Shown in pieces: positions 10,139 through 20,214 of a DNA stretch of 64,000 nucleotides; within the stretch, counting starts at the first letter, position 1, and every line of letters starts with the position of its first letter. Source of the DNA: a virus (taxonomy: Duplodnaviria > Caudoviricetes); the IMG/VR virus record IMGVR_UViG_3300044551_000092, positions 142,291 through 206,290 of that record; one strand, given 5' to 3'. Below the pieces are notes generated by a model. It had not been told where the DNA came from and did not search any database. It worked only from the letters and a program-made list of their open reading frames with translations. Made by a program: the position numbers and the translations under genes.

Positions 10139-11363
10139 GCCGGGGCACGCCCGGTTTCGGGGCCCGACCTCATCAAATGAATATAATGATATGGAAGACG
10201 ATCATTATGCGGATCTAGTCAATCTTTTTAAAGCAATAAATGATAATGAATTGTCTTTGCAATTTAGCAAGGATGCGGCTTTAACTTCGGATAAGATGAT
10301 TGGCACGTATATATCCTTTTTAGAGGGGCGTGTAACACAGTTAGAAAACAAGCTCGACCAGTTACAAATCGACCACCTTCGTTCCTCAAAAATCGGCTTA
10401 GTCAGTGATATGACAGCTCACTACCCAGATCAGGATCAAGATAAAACAATCAACGACAGCCGATGCCAAATCGATTTTCCTTTTCGACATGCGACGCTTC
10501 CGAAAACTTCACAGATTCCAAAGACTTATTTAACGGATAAAAACAAAGAAGTTGTTATACCGGAACAACTTGAAATTACAGTCACACGAAACAATACTAC
10601 CGGAGTTATCGACGAAAACGATATTCGTATGGCCTTTAATGGTGACAACAATGAGTTCTGGATTCGTAAAGTATCCTATGATATTGGAACCGAACCGAAT
10701 GAGGAGGATGTTATTGTAGATGTTTCACTTCCTCAGCAATTGGTTAATAATCTCAATGTAAATACAATCCTCATTCATCCACATCCGGAACTGGGGATTG
10801 AAGTCAAGAATGTCGAAATCAGTACAGCTAACGGCTACGAAACGGTTCCGGGATTTAATCAGGATGAGGTAGCCAGTCTATCTCAGAATCTCTATGCCCC
10901 ACGGAAGAAATACTATTTCCCGCAAAAACCCGTGCAGCATGTCCGCTTGACTTTAGTCCAACATCATCCGATAAAAATGAACGATAAAATGGTTTTTATT
11001 CTGGGAGCTCAAGAAATCGGTGTGTATCTAACTAGCTTTGAGCCTTCAGGAAGCTTTGTTCTCACCCATTTTGATATGTCTAAAGTTGGCGTCTATTCAA
11101 TCGAATCAGTCGATCATATTTTTCAAAACAGAGATACATTTAGCTATCCCCGATCTTTAGATAATCTACTTGAAAACAACCTGTACAATTATGAAATATT
11201 AATTCCCCAAAATAATTCTTTGGTTCCCATATCGAACAGTCAATGGTCTAATTTAACGGCTAAGGAAATCTGGGTGAAAACAGTTCTGTATCCGGATCCA
11301 GGGATGAATAATGGAGTTAATCCCTGCCTTCATGCTGTTCGTTTAAATTACTATCAGTCATGA
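10119..11363 (+). CDS. Putative virion protein, short paralogue family member
   Basis: RGPTSSNEYN..DL, AFNGDNNEFW, C-terminal NPCL. Confidence 0.55.
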   Translation: MRMPISEPGHARFRGPTSSNEYNDMEDDHYADLVNLFKAINDNELSLQFSKDAALTSDKMIGTYISFLEGRVTQLENKLDQLQIDHLRSSKIGLVSDMTAHYPDQDQDKTINDSRCQIDFPFRHATLPKTSQIPKTYLTDKNKEVVIPEQLEITVTRNNTTGVIDENDIRMAFNGDNNEFWIRKVSYDIGTEPNEEDVIVDVSLPQQLVNNLNVNTILIHPHPELGIEVKNVEISTANGYETVPGFNQDEVASLSQNLYAPRKKYYFPQKPVQHVRLTLVQHHPIKMNDKMVFILGAQEIGVYLTSFEPSGSFVLTHFDMSKVGVYSIESVDHIFQNRDTFSYPRSLDNLLENNLYNYEILIPQNNSLVPISNSQWSNLTAKEIWVKTVLYPDPGMNNGVNPCLHAVRLNYYQS

Positions 11364-11376
11364 GGAGGGGTGGCAG

Positions 11377-11937
11377 TTGAATCGTTATCTAAACGAATTT
11401 TTAGATTCGTTATCAGGACTTCTAAATATAAAAACATTGACGGCTTCCGTCATAGGAGGCTTTATTGTAATGATATATAACTTCTTATACGGAAACGGTA
11501 ACGTCGAAATCATGATAGTCCTGATTGGTGTTACTTTGCTGGACTGGATTACCGGTATAAGTGCAGCTCGTATAGATCATAGCTACAGTTCTGAATATGG
11601 AAAAATTGGTGTAGCGCGAACAGTTTTTATGTTTTTATTACCTGCCGTGGCGCATCATATCGATAATTTTTTAGGTTCTATGAATATCTTATTTTATATG
11701 ATTGCTTGTGGGCTAATTTATCATACTTGGATGAGCATGATTGCGAATACAGTGCGATCAGGTTGGGGACGCTGGGTTCCTGTTTGGTTACTGAATCAGA
11801 TTTCCTCAGAATTAAAAGCAAAAATTTATCGTGCAGATGAACGTCGAAAAAAATTCTCTGAAAAAGAAGAAGAAGAAAATAAAATTATAAAGACCGTTTA
11901 TAATCGAAAACAGTCATCAAAAAAACGAAGAAAATAG
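11377..11937 (+). CDS. Phage holin family protein
   Basis: 3-4 hydrophobic segments, LDWITG..SS motif of the Firmicutes toxin-secretion/lysis holin family, basic C-terminal tail. Confidence 0.75.
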   Translation: MNRYLNEFLDSLSGLLNIKTLTASVIGGFIVMIYNFLYGNGNVEIMIVLIGVTLLDWITGISAARIDHSYSSEYGKIGVARTVFMFLLPAVAHHIDNFLGSMNILFYMIACGLIYHTWMSMIANTVRSGWGRWVPVWLLNQISSELKAKIYRADERRKKFSEKEEEENKIIKTVYNRKQSSKKRRK

Positions 11938-12047
11938 ACGAAATATTTAGAATTAAAGAGTAAATGGCATTGATTATCTAATTTTCTGTGTTACAATTAA
12001 GATACAAGATAATTAGTGCTATTTTTCTACAAATTGGAGGAAAAATA

Positions 12048-13043
12048 ATGGGTGAAGAATATGTACCCTCACGCGAAGAAACTAAAATTATCCGCGAAAA
12101 ATTAAAAGACTGCAAGCAAGAATGGCTTGAAAGCAAGCAAGGCAAACGTGGGCAAGGAACGGTCAATTATATCGGCTGGAATACGGTCCGGCAAATCATT
12201 GACGCGGCGGTGGATGGACTCACTTATTGGGATTTCGGTATTATCGATCAATGGCGTCAGGAAATCAACGACGGTAAAACTGGAAATATGGTTGGTTGGG
12301 TTTATCAGGTAAAAGCCTACATTTATATTCCCGGACTCGGCCGTCGCGAACAATTCGGTAAAAAAATTGCCATCGGTGGCGTAAATAATCAAGATTCTGC
12401 ATTTCAAGCAGCCGCGTCAAATGCACTATCTAAATGTGCTTCATTATTTGGCGTTGGTGAAAAAATCTATGCGAAAATTAAAATTGAAACTGAGGATAAC
12501 AATTCATATGGAAATAGCAACTATACAGATCAACAGCAGGCTCCGTATAATCAACAGCAGTGGGGGCAGCCGCAAGAGAATTGGAATCAGCAACAACCTA
12601 ATGATCCAAATTGGAACAGTGTGTTTCATCAGGTAGATCAGCAAATGTCACAAGGGAATGTGCAAACGCCTTTTGATCCAACGCCCCAGGCTGTACCCAA
12701 TCAGTTCCAGGCCATGCCACAGCCAACCGCTCAGCCACAGAATATGCCAAATTCCCAATATGGTGCGCCGGTTAATGCGGGAGGCGGGATGAACGCTTCA
12801 GCGGCTACTCAGCAGGCCACTACCAATCCACAAAATAATGTCTTGAATCCTTGGCAGGAAAAAGGCGTACAGAACGAATTATTGAGGTATCGAAAACAGA
12901 AAGAACGGCTAAAAGTCAATAATGATGATCAAATGATTCCTTACTTAAGAGATTACTTTAAATCAGAAAATGCATCACTGAACAATTTAACTCCAGATAA
13001 TTTAAAGAGTTTCAATGACTATCTGGATAAAGTCTCAGCTTAA
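12048..13043 (+). CDS. Rad52/Rad22-family single-strand annealing protein with Gln/Asn-rich linker
   Basis: YIGWNTVRQII..W.F..REQFG..AASNALSKCASLFGVG; RBS GGAGG before ATG 12048. Confidence 0.7.
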   Translation: MGEEYVPSREETKIIREKLKDCKQEWLESKQGKRGQGTVNYIGWNTVRQIIDAAVDGLTYWDFGIIDQWRQEINDGKTGNMVGWVYQVKAYIYIPGLGRREQFGKKIAIGGVNNQDSAFQAAASNALSKCASLFGVGEKIYAKIKIETEDNNSYGNSNYTDQQQAPYNQQQWGQPQENWNQQQPNDPNWNSVFHQVDQQMSQGNVQTPFDPTPQAVPNQFQAMPQPTAQPQNMPNSQYGAPVNAGGGMNASAATQQATTNPQNNVLNPWQEKGVQNELLRYRKQKERLKVNNDDQMIPYLRDYFKSENASLNNLTPDNLKSFNDYLDKVSA

Positions 13044-13060
13044 AAGTAAAGAGGGATCTT

Positions 13061-13720
13061 TTGATGACGATCAAATGGCTTGCCCAGTATTTTGTCCACA
13101 TGATCACAGAGAAAGCAGACCCTAGAGGACGACAGACCCAAGCGGCTGAAATAGCCATTGAAGAATTGCAGCAAAAAGGCTGGACAATAGAAGGGATTAA
13201 AGAACAACTTGATCGCTTTAAATCTGTTTACGCTGATGCCGCAAAAAATATTTATCATGTTCAGGAAATTATGAATCATATTCAACCGCCGCGTAATCTA
13301 ATGATTCCAGGAGCGTTTTATTATCATCATATTTTAAGAAAGATGCCACCGGCACCGAAAATGATTTTCGATCCTGTGACCAAAACTTTCCACCAGAAAG
13401 TTGAGAAATATTATCTTGAAATGAAACCTTACTTTTCAATGGATGAACTGCTTAGATACTGGTATCGAGGGCATCGGAAGCCGGACAAAGTCAATCAGGA
13501 TATCTCTCGATTCAATTATCTGCTCAAAATATATGATCTAGATGTCATTCTGTTTGCAATCGATATTGGGCGTCAGTACCGTAAGGAATGCGGGCGCGGC
13601 GAATTAACGAACGTTTTTGAGATTGAACATTATATCGAGGCGGCAGAAAAAAGGATTAAAGAAAAACGCGCCCTTTCAAAGCTTCAGGGGGTCAATGAAA
13701 TTGTTCGGAGAGAAGGATAA
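13061..13720 (+). CDS. Hypothetical replication-associated protein
   Basis: 219 aa ORF between the SSAP and the primase, with RBS. Confidence 0.5.
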   Translation: MMTIKWLAQYFVHMITEKADPRGRQTQAAEIAIEELQQKGWTIEGIKEQLDRFKSVYADAAKNIYHVQEIMNHIQPPRNLMIPGAFYYHHILRKMPPAPKMIFDPVTKTFHQKVEKYYLEMKPYFSMDELLRYWYRGHRKPDKVNQDISRFNYLLKIYDLDVILFAIDIGRQYRKECGRGELTNVFEIEHYIEAAEKRIKEKRALSKLQGVNEIVRREG

Positions 13721-13722
13721 CG

Positions 13723-14829
13723 ATGCAAGTCTATGTTGAATGCGGGGCAGAATTTATGGGAAGAAACCATATTACTCGTTTTCGTCGTAAACAGTATATG
13801 CCTCCGGCCCAAGTCGATCTCTTCCGTATTCAATATAATAATCGTGATGTCTATCAAACGGTCATGAATTATCTCGACCCAATTTGGTTCCAGGATGAAA
13901 AAGGCCGGTGGCTGATAAATGCAGCGGATAGTCTTAAATATGGAAATTTCTATATGGATTTTGATACAGATTTTTCTGATCCACAGGCATTTAGCAAGAT
14001 TCGTGAAGACATCGCGATCGCGTTACGTTATTTAAAGCTATTTCTAAATATCGATCCGCGCTCGATTTACTACTATTTCAGTGGTTTTAAAGGTTTTCAT
14101 CTCATGGTCAATGCTGAAATTATCGGTATTGAACCGCATTTGGCTCTGAATGAAATCTATAAAGATATTATCGAAGACATAGGTCAATACATTAAACACG
14201 ATACGCTGGATCGTGGCATTTATGATGATAAACGGATGTTTCGTCTAGTTAACAGTATCAATGGGAAAAGCGGTTTATATAAAATCCCATTGACCGCAGA
14301 CGAATTTTTAAATTTCAGTTATGAAGAAATTAAAAATTTGGCTAAACAGCCACGAACCATTCATTACAAATCGCCCGTTTATCAACCACGGGCGAAATTA
14401 CAGTTTCAAAAAATAGTTGATAATTGGACAAAACGAATCAATATAAGACAAAGCTATACTGGCAAGATACGTAAGTTAAAAGTGCTTCCTCCCTGTATTG
14501 CTCACATGCGGGAAAGAACATTTAGGCAAACAGTAGATCAACGCAATAACAGTGCTACGGCTCTCAGCAGTTTCTATTTTCAACAAGGTCTTGAGAGAGA
14601 AGATACTCTTGACCGCTTAATTCTGTGGAATGAACAATGCTGTTTGCCGCCCCTTAAAGAGCGAGAGATTAGAACCATCGTGCACAGTGTTTATAATGGT
14701 CAGTATCGCTATGGCTGCGGGACGTTTAAAAAGGTTTCTGGCCTATGTGATAAAGACCACTGTCCTCTATTTCATAAAGAGTTAAACATAGAAAATCAAG
14801 CCGAGCAAAAGCAGAAGGCGGTCAGATGA
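13723..14829 (+). CDS. Archaeo-eukaryotic primase (PrimPol-like) with PriCT-type C-terminal domain
   Basis: Motifs FYMDFD, SGFKGFH, RMFRLVNS; C-terminal PPC..RNN..WN..PPL.E.E and Cys cluster. Confidence 0.75.
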   Translation: MQVYVECGAEFMGRNHITRFRRKQYMPPAQVDLFRIQYNNRDVYQTVMNYLDPIWFQDEKGRWLINAADSLKYGNFYMDFDTDFSDPQAFSKIREDIAIALRYLKLFLNIDPRSIYYYFSGFKGFHLMVNAEIIGIEPHLALNEIYKDIIEDIGQYIKHDTLDRGIYDDKRMFRLVNSINGKSGLYKIPLTADEFLNFSYEEIKNLAKQPRTIHYKSPVYQPRAKLQFQKIVDNWTKRINIRQSYTGKIRKLKVLPPCIAHMRERTFRQTVDQRNNSATALSSFYFQQGLEREDTLDRLILWNEQCCLPPLKEREIRTIVHSVYNGQYRYGCGTFKKVSGLCDKDHCPLFHKELNIENQAEQKQKAVR

Positions 14830-15899
14830 TTTCTTTTGAAGATATGCTCAAACAAATGGATAAACAAATGGATCAGGAAGAAAAAGCTTTTTCTATTACA
14901 CCTGAGAAACGCCTAGAAGTTAAACATCCAGAACTTCTTGTTGACCACGAACTAACGGATATCGAACGAGAAATGATTCAGACGATACAGGAGTCCGACC
15001 AGTATGCTTGGAGCAAGGCCAAGTATGGGAGCTTTACAACCGGTTTTAATCTGTTTGATCAAGTTATTGAACACGACTTACAATCAGGACTTATTATTCT
15101 TGCGGCCGATCCAAATGTTGGCAAGTCCGCCTTTATGCTGCAACTTTTAAAGCAGGTCTCTGAAAAAAATGAAGATTGTTTTTGCGAGTATTATTCGTTA
15201 GATGATAATAAAAAGAAGATGCTGCCCCGATATATTGCGAATGATCAATTAATCTCAATCAATGAGGCCAGCAACCCTTCGAAATATGCGAATAAAAAAG
15301 ATCTTTTAGATAAACGGAATGAAGGACTGAAACATCTTTATGAAAACATCGGCCGATTTTCATTAAGAGATGATACGGGGGATGGCTCATCGACGCTCGA
15401 AGCACTTGAGGACCGCATTAAAAAATTGATGATGAATTATCCAAATAAACGCATTATACTGGGAATAGACAGTTATTTTGACTTAACGACCCGAGCGAGC
15501 TTTAACAGCGACAACCGGGAAGAAGAAGAAATGGCCAAGAAATTAAAAGGTTTAATTAAACAGTACGACATTACAATTTTCTGTACCGCACATTTAAGAA
15601 AAACGAATGGGAATCGGCCAAACATGGATGATTTAAAGGGTATGAAACGCCTGCAGTTTGAAGCAGACATTATTGGTATGCTGTACAACGAAGTCGGTAT
15701 TCATGAAGAGGCCGCTGAGGTCTATTGGACCAGCGACGACGAAGAGTTAAAAATGCCAGTTCTTGAAATGAAAATTGTTAAAAATAAGATGGGCAGTTTT
15801 AAGGGGACCCACTTTTATAATATGACGCCTAAGTATAGCCAGTTTGTCGAAGCGACGCCAGAGGCTTGCCGCCAGTATTCCGCACGTATTTATGGCTAA
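14826..15899 (+). CDS. dnaB: DnaB-like (SF4) replicative helicase
   Basis: Walker A AADPNVGKS, IDSY, AHLRK, DLKG..EAD, IVKNK.G. Confidence 0.8.
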   Translation: MISFEDMLKQMDKQMDQEEKAFSITPEKRLEVKHPELLVDHELTDIEREMIQTIQESDQYAWSKAKYGSFTTGFNLFDQVIEHDLQSGLIILAADPNVGKSAFMLQLLKQVSEKNEDCFCEYYSLDDNKKKMLPRYIANDQLISINEASNPSKYANKKDLLDKRNEGLKHLYENIGRFSLRDDTGDGSSTLEALEDRIKKLMMNYPNKRIILGIDSYFDLTTRASFNSDNREEEEMAKKLKGLIKQYDITIFCTAHLRKTNGNRPNMDDLKGMKRLQFEADIIGMLYNEVGIHEEAAEVYWTSDDEELKMPVLEMKIVKNKMGSFKGTHFYNMTPKYSQFVEATPEACRQYSARIYG

Positions 15900-15916
15900 A
15901 AAGGAGAGTGAACGCA

Positions 15917-16426
15917 ATGGCTAGTCCGACTGATTTATTGCGAAGTTATTTGCATGAATTTGAGAATATCTATATTCATTCGAAATTCAATATCGAAAAT
16001 AAACTAAATCAGTTTCAAGAAAATCTAACAAACTTGAATCAGCAATTGATACAGGAAAATGATTTAATTCGTCAAGCAACCGGCAATCATGAGAACCAAG
16101 AAATTTTAGATCAACTGAATGAAACGAAGGAACAAATGAGCGACAATTATCAAGCCATTCAGGAGATAATTGATCAGTTAAAATTAGATTTAACACATGA
16201 TTTTCAACTATTAAATTATCATACAAGAGAGCTATATAAGACTGACTTAGATATTGCCGGTTTTACCAAACATGAATTTGCGGGGAACTATAAAGCGATC
16301 ATTGACGGCGATTTAATTACAATCAAGAAAGATGGCCACGCCGAAACGCCAATCGCAACTGACCTTAAACGCTGGAAAGATAACAATCAATTCAACATGG
16401 TTGTCATTAAGAAAGATAAAAAATAA
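15917..16426 (+). CDS. Hypothetical coiled-coil protein
   Basis: RBS AAGGAG; ORF in operon. Confidence 0.55.
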   Translation: MASPTDLLRSYLHEFENIYIHSKFNIENKLNQFQENLTNLNQQLIQENDLIRQATGNHENQEILDQLNETKEQMSDNYQAIQEIIDQLKLDLTHDFQLLNYHTRELYKTDLDIAGFTKHEFAGNYKAIIDGDLITIKKDGHAETPIATDLKRWKDNNQFNMVVIKKDKK

Positions 16427-16449
16427 AACCAGAAGGGAGGCTAACTCCT

Positions 16450-16899
16450 TTGAAATTCTCGTATTATTTCAATCCCGAACGAACGGAACGGATCGATTTT
16501 AACTTTGAACTGTCCAGTATCGACGACACGCAAGATACACAAACCATTGCAAACTATACCATAGGCATTGAAGAATATACTGATAATAAAATCGCCAACC
16601 ATATATCTAAAGGTGGGACCTTCCATTTTTCTATAGTTGGTGTTCCAAACGAAGAATTTGAACATGATATCAACTTTGGCCGGATACGCTATGACAATAA
16701 ATGGATCTTCGAAGCTGTTAATAACAAGAATAACAGTGAACAAGATCGAATTGGTCTGATTTGTAGCAAAGAAAATAACCCCTTGGGACTGGACATTACG
16801 AATACCAGTGAACTCTACGATGCTCAACTCAAAGCGAATACCTTCTCTCAACTTGAACAGGATTATGAACCACCAGAAGATTTATTTTCAGAAAAATAA
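16450..16899 (+). CDS. Hypothetical acidic protein
   Basis: RBS GGGAGG, TTG start. Confidence 0.55.
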   Translation: MKFSYYFNPERTERIDFNFELSSIDDTQDTQTIANYTIGIEEYTDNKIANHISKGGTFHFSIVGVPNEEFEHDINFGRIRYDNKWIFEAVNNKNNSEQDRIGLICSKENNPLGLDITNTSELYDAQLKANTFSQLEQDYEPPEDLFSEK

Positions 16900-16918
16900 A
16901 TATAAGGAGACAAATAAT

Positions 16919-17320
16919 ATGTTTATTGGACCCACTCTAACTCTGGAGCAACTCAATAAGTTCCTTAATAAACGCCTGCAAGATGAAGAACATCATATAG
17001 GCGAAGTTAGTAGACAAATTAATGATCTACGAAATGAAATGAAACACACGCAAAAAACAATATTGGACAATAATCGTACTGAAGTAAACCCCAATTATAT
17101 TAGTCTACAAGAGAAATTCAACGCCAAACTTAAATTGCTTGATGAAAGCAATGACACGATTGAATTTCTTAATGATCGGATCGATCAATTGGAATCAATT
17201 GAAAAAGATCCCCTGCATAGCAAGGAAATGAAATATAAGAAAATAACCCTTTCAAGTAATGATTGTTTGATGCTTGGCGTACCGCAGGACTTCAATTTTG
17301 AAAAGGAAACGATAAGCTGA
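16919..17320 (+). CDS. Hypothetical coiled-coil protein
   Basis: RBS AAGGAG before ATG 16919. Confidence 0.55.
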   Translation: MFIGPTLTLEQLNKFLNKRLQDEEHHIGEVSRQINDLRNEMKHTQKTILDNNRTEVNPNYISLQEKFNAKLKLLDESNDTIEFLNDRIDQLESIEKDPLHSKEMKYKKITLSSNDCLMLGVPQDFNFEKETIS

Positions 17321-17655
17321 TGCATGAACTGGAGCGTGAAGAGCTACGGGAAAATTATCTAAAAGAACGTATGACTGTGGTAAATAAGCAAATAGACCGT
17401 CAAACAATTCTAGGAAAAGAGAATATGAATAAATTACCACGGCATATGGTTAATTGTAACTGGTTTTCAGAATGTCCCATTGATTTTAAATGTCGGGCTT
17501 ACAATCCAACCTATATACGTTGTCAGAATTGTATCCTCGCAAAAAAAGATCTGATTTGCCGAAAAAAGCGACTGCACTGTGAACGTAATTTGAACCGGAT
17601 GATCACCCGACCATTTATTGATTTGGATAAAAAGGAAGACTCGTATGGACTTTAA
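17320..17655 (+). CDS. Cys-rich putative metal-binding protein
   Basis: CNWFSEC..C..CQNC..C..HC; TGATG overlap. Confidence 0.5.
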   Translation: MHELEREELRENYLKERMTVVNKQIDRQTILGKENMNKLPRHMVNCNWFSECPIDFKCRAYNPTYIRCQNCILAKKDLICRKKRLHCERNLNRMITRPFIDLDKKEDSYGL

Positions 17656-17851
17656 AACTTTTCAAACGAAACAGCTAAAGCAGGAACTAACAAGCCCGTG
17701 CTATTGCCGGTATTGTGGCCAAGATATTAAACAGCCGTCTAATCGTAGCACACGGCATATGACGGGGGAACACACAGGCGGTTGGTACAGCAATTGGGAA
17801 ATTGAACATCATATGCATCTTAAATGCGCTCAGCAAGCAATGTGGAAATAA
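17645..17851 (+). CDS. Small zinc-finger protein
   Basis: CRYC ... HLKC. Confidence 0.5.
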   Translation: MDFKTFQTKQLKQELTSPCYCRYCGQDIKQPSNRSTRHMTGEHTGGWYSNWEIEHHMHLKCAQQAMWK

Positions 17852-17869
17852 TGGGAGGGAAAATAAAAC

Positions 17870-18382
17870 ATGTCACATCCAGGATTAGATAAATTCAAAG
17901 AAGAAATGGATCTTATTACGAACGACGACATCAAGGCTTTTGTCAATAACGCGATTGTAACGGGGCCTGAAAGTTTCTGGCAAAATGATACTACCGTAAA
18001 AATCGCCAAAAAAGCAGTAGCAATCGTCGATCTATTTATGCAAAATGATAATCTCGCAAATGGAGTTATCCGAGATATGATTTTGGCCGGTACAATTCTT
18101 TCTGATATTGCCTTAAATGAACTTTCGGACAAGGTAAAAATACTACATCCATTTGCCGCTTCAATTTATTTAAATCCATTGAAGAAGGACATTCACGGTA
18201 ATTCTTATCAGGGTGCTTTGCGAATTATAGAAACCCATGAAGGGAATCAAACACCCAGCGTTATCGTGCGTGTTCAACCCGGCACACCTGAATATCTTGT
18301 GGCGCAGGCTTATACTCTAGCGAAGTCTGATGTCATTACGATAAATAAAACTTTAAAAGAGGAGAAACAAAAAAATGAGTGA
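17870..18382 (+). CDS. HD-domain-like protein with degenerate metal site
   Basis: ILAGTILSD (HD position), HP..A, IETHEG resemble the phage HD-hydrolase layout. Confidence 0.45.
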   Translation: MSHPGLDKFKEEMDLITNDDIKAFVNNAIVTGPESFWQNDTTVKIAKKAVAIVDLFMQNDNLANGVIRDMILAGTILSDIALNELSDKVKILHPFAASIYLNPLKKDIHGNSYQGALRIIETHEGNQTPSVIVRVQPGTPEYLVAQAYTLAKSDVITINKTLKEEKQKNE

Positions 18383-18704
18383 AATTAATGAACAAAAAGT
18401 GCAAGCTCTGCAGGCAGAAGTGAAAACCAATTCATTAGACGAAACACTGGACGTTATCGATAATATTGTCAAAGAAGTTCAAGCTTCTCCATCCGTTAAA
18501 ACTTATGCAACCACTCATTACAAAAGGCTCTTGCTGCATGAGGCTCCGATTGCGGCAGTCGTAATTCTTGCCATCTGTGGAGTGCAGTTGGACGATATCT
18601 CGCCGTTAATCAAAGCGGTGGCTTCAATCGGAGCCGTGGTTGTCGGTGCCTTTCCCGTGCTGACACATAATAAGTTGGTTAGTCAACTTAAAAAACTGTT
18701 TTGA
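18375..18704 (+). CDS. Small two-TM membrane protein
   Basis: Two hydrophobic segments in the C-terminal half; RBS GAGGAG. Confidence 0.55.
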   Translation: MSEINEQKVQALQAEVKTNSLDETLDVIDNIVKEVQASPSVKTYATTHYKRLLLHEAPIAAVVILAICGVQLDDISPLIKAVASIGAVVVGAFPVLTHNKLVSQLKKLF

Positions 18705-18720
18705 TTAGTTACAGGAATCC

Positions 18721-18745
18721 AGCCCCTTAATCAGGGGCTTTTTTT
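18721..18745 (+). terminator. Rho-independent terminator
   Basis: AGCCCCT-taatc-AGGGGCT followed by a T run. Confidence 0.75.
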
Positions 18746-18757
18746 GAAGGTGACAAT

Positions 18758-18988
18758 ATGGAATTGATTCAGGCATATCTAAAAAAAAGCAAAACGGCCA
18801 AAGATAAACGACTGATTTCGAAATTGAAAAATTCTACTAATTTCAGAGACTATGGTCAACACATGAAAAAGTTATATGATCTGCAAAAAATGACTCAAGC
18901 TCTTACTGTTAATCAGCGGTTTATGCATGAATTGCAAAATAATCCGGTCCTTGATTTTCTTGCGGCACTCGGTGAGACCAATGATTGA
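18758..18988 (+). CDS. Hypothetical protein with MELI-type N-terminal tag
   Basis: Starts MELIQAYLKK; RBS AAGGTG. Confidence 0.6.
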   Translation: MELIQAYLKKSKTAKDKRLISKLKNSTNFRDYGQHMKKLYDLQKMTQALTVNQRFMHELQNNPVLDFLAALGETND

Positions 18989-19736
18989 ACTGACGGCTGC
19001 GGATCTCTATCAAATTCGTCACTGCGGACTTCAGTATTTCTTAATGAAACACAGTCATAAGACCGCTGCAAAATCAAACATTGAACGGGTAAGGGAGATA
19101 GTTACAGCCTCGATTAACTATTATTATCAACAATTAGAGGCTGGACAAGTACTCTCTTTTAAAGAATTGCAATTTAAGTTTCTATCCATTTGGAATCGAA
19201 ACAAAGATCTTACCAATCCAGTAACAATTAAAACAAAGATTGAAGGCGCTACCCGGACACAATATAAAAAGACCGGTCTCCGGTTTCTGGATCATTTTTA
19301 TCGAAGGCAGGAGCTGCATGTCGATCAAATCATTGCCCGACAAGTTGGTTTTCGGGTGCCGATTGTTACCGGCCAGTTCTACATAAAAGGGAGTATCCCT
19401 TACATTACTGAAACGCCGAATGGAAAAATCTCCATTATCAACTATCGAATGGGCACTAAGAAATATGATACTTTCTGGCAAAAAACCGATCTGGACATTA
19501 CCTTGCAAGCTTATGCTTATCAATCTATTTTTAAAAAACAACCAGATAATATCTTTGTCCATCAGCTTTATTCTGACACGTATGCTTACTTGAAACGCGG
19601 CAAAACTGATTTCCGGCGAATGATTAAAATAATCAAAAACGTAAAACAGCTTATTGATACGGGGAACTTTTTTCCGAATGAGGGATTTTTATGTAGTAGC
19701 TGTCCAGTCAGAAGCCTCTGTGCTAACTGGCATTAG
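18981..19736 (+). CDS. PD-(D/E)XK (RecB/Cas4-like) nuclease-fold protein, catalytic motif degenerate
   Basis: N-terminal HC, GSIPYI..IINYR, LQAYAY, C-terminal CSSCPVRSLC. Confidence 0.65.
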   Translation: MIELTAADLYQIRHCGLQYFLMKHSHKTAAKSNIERVREIVTASINYYYQQLEAGQVLSFKELQFKFLSIWNRNKDLTNPVTIKTKIEGATRTQYKKTGLRFLDHFYRRQELHVDQIIARQVGFRVPIVTGQFYIKGSIPYITETPNGKISIINYRMGTKKYDTFWQKTDLDITLQAYAYQSIFKKQPDNIFVHQLYSDTYAYLKRGKTDFRRMIKIIKNVKQLIDTGNFFPNEGFLCSSCPVRSLCANWH

Positions 19737-19752
19737 AAAAGGAGAATGAGAA

Positions 19753-20214
19753 ATGAGGAAAGACTGGATTCATTATTTTATGGATATTGCAGAACTGACC
19801 AGCCAACGTGCTACTTGTCCAAGACTGCATGTTGGCTGTGTGATTGTTAAAGACCATCGGATAGTCAGTACCGGCTATAATGGAAGCATTCATGGGCAAC
19901 CGCACTGTGAGGACGCAGGATGCCTTCTGGACGAAGAGGGACACTGTATACGTACAATTCACGCTGAAATGAACGCAATTCTTCATGCGGAGCGTGAGAG
20001 CCTCATAGGAGCAACAGCATATGTTACCGACGAGCCGTGCGCAAACTGTATGAAAACACTAAATCAAGCTGGCATTAAAAATGTTATATATAAGAATGCT
20101 TATCCCAATCCCTATAATCAATATTTTATAGACGGTATGGCTGTTTTTAAACTTACAGATTTAGAGAAGAGGGAGTCTATTGGAACTCATTCGCAGTTAT
20201 CTGAACAGACTTGA
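19753..20214 (+). CDS. dCMP deaminase (ComEB-like)
   Basis: RATCPRLHVG, TGYNG, HAEMNA, PCANC zinc-deaminase motifs. Confidence 0.9.
   Translation: MRKDWIHYFMDIAELTSQRATCPRLHVGCVIVKDHRIVSTGYNGSIHGQPHCEDAGCLLDEEGHCIRTIHAEMNAILHAERESLIGATAYVTDEPCANCMKTLNQAGIKNVIYKNAYPNPYNQYFIDGMAVFKLTDLEKRESIGTHSQLSEQT

Noticed and set aside
15917-15960. MASPTDLLRSYLHE as an eighth tag member
   Set aside because: Similar core (DLLRSYL) but offset by four residues, D for E and no basic residue at position 10; left out pending a statistical motif scan.
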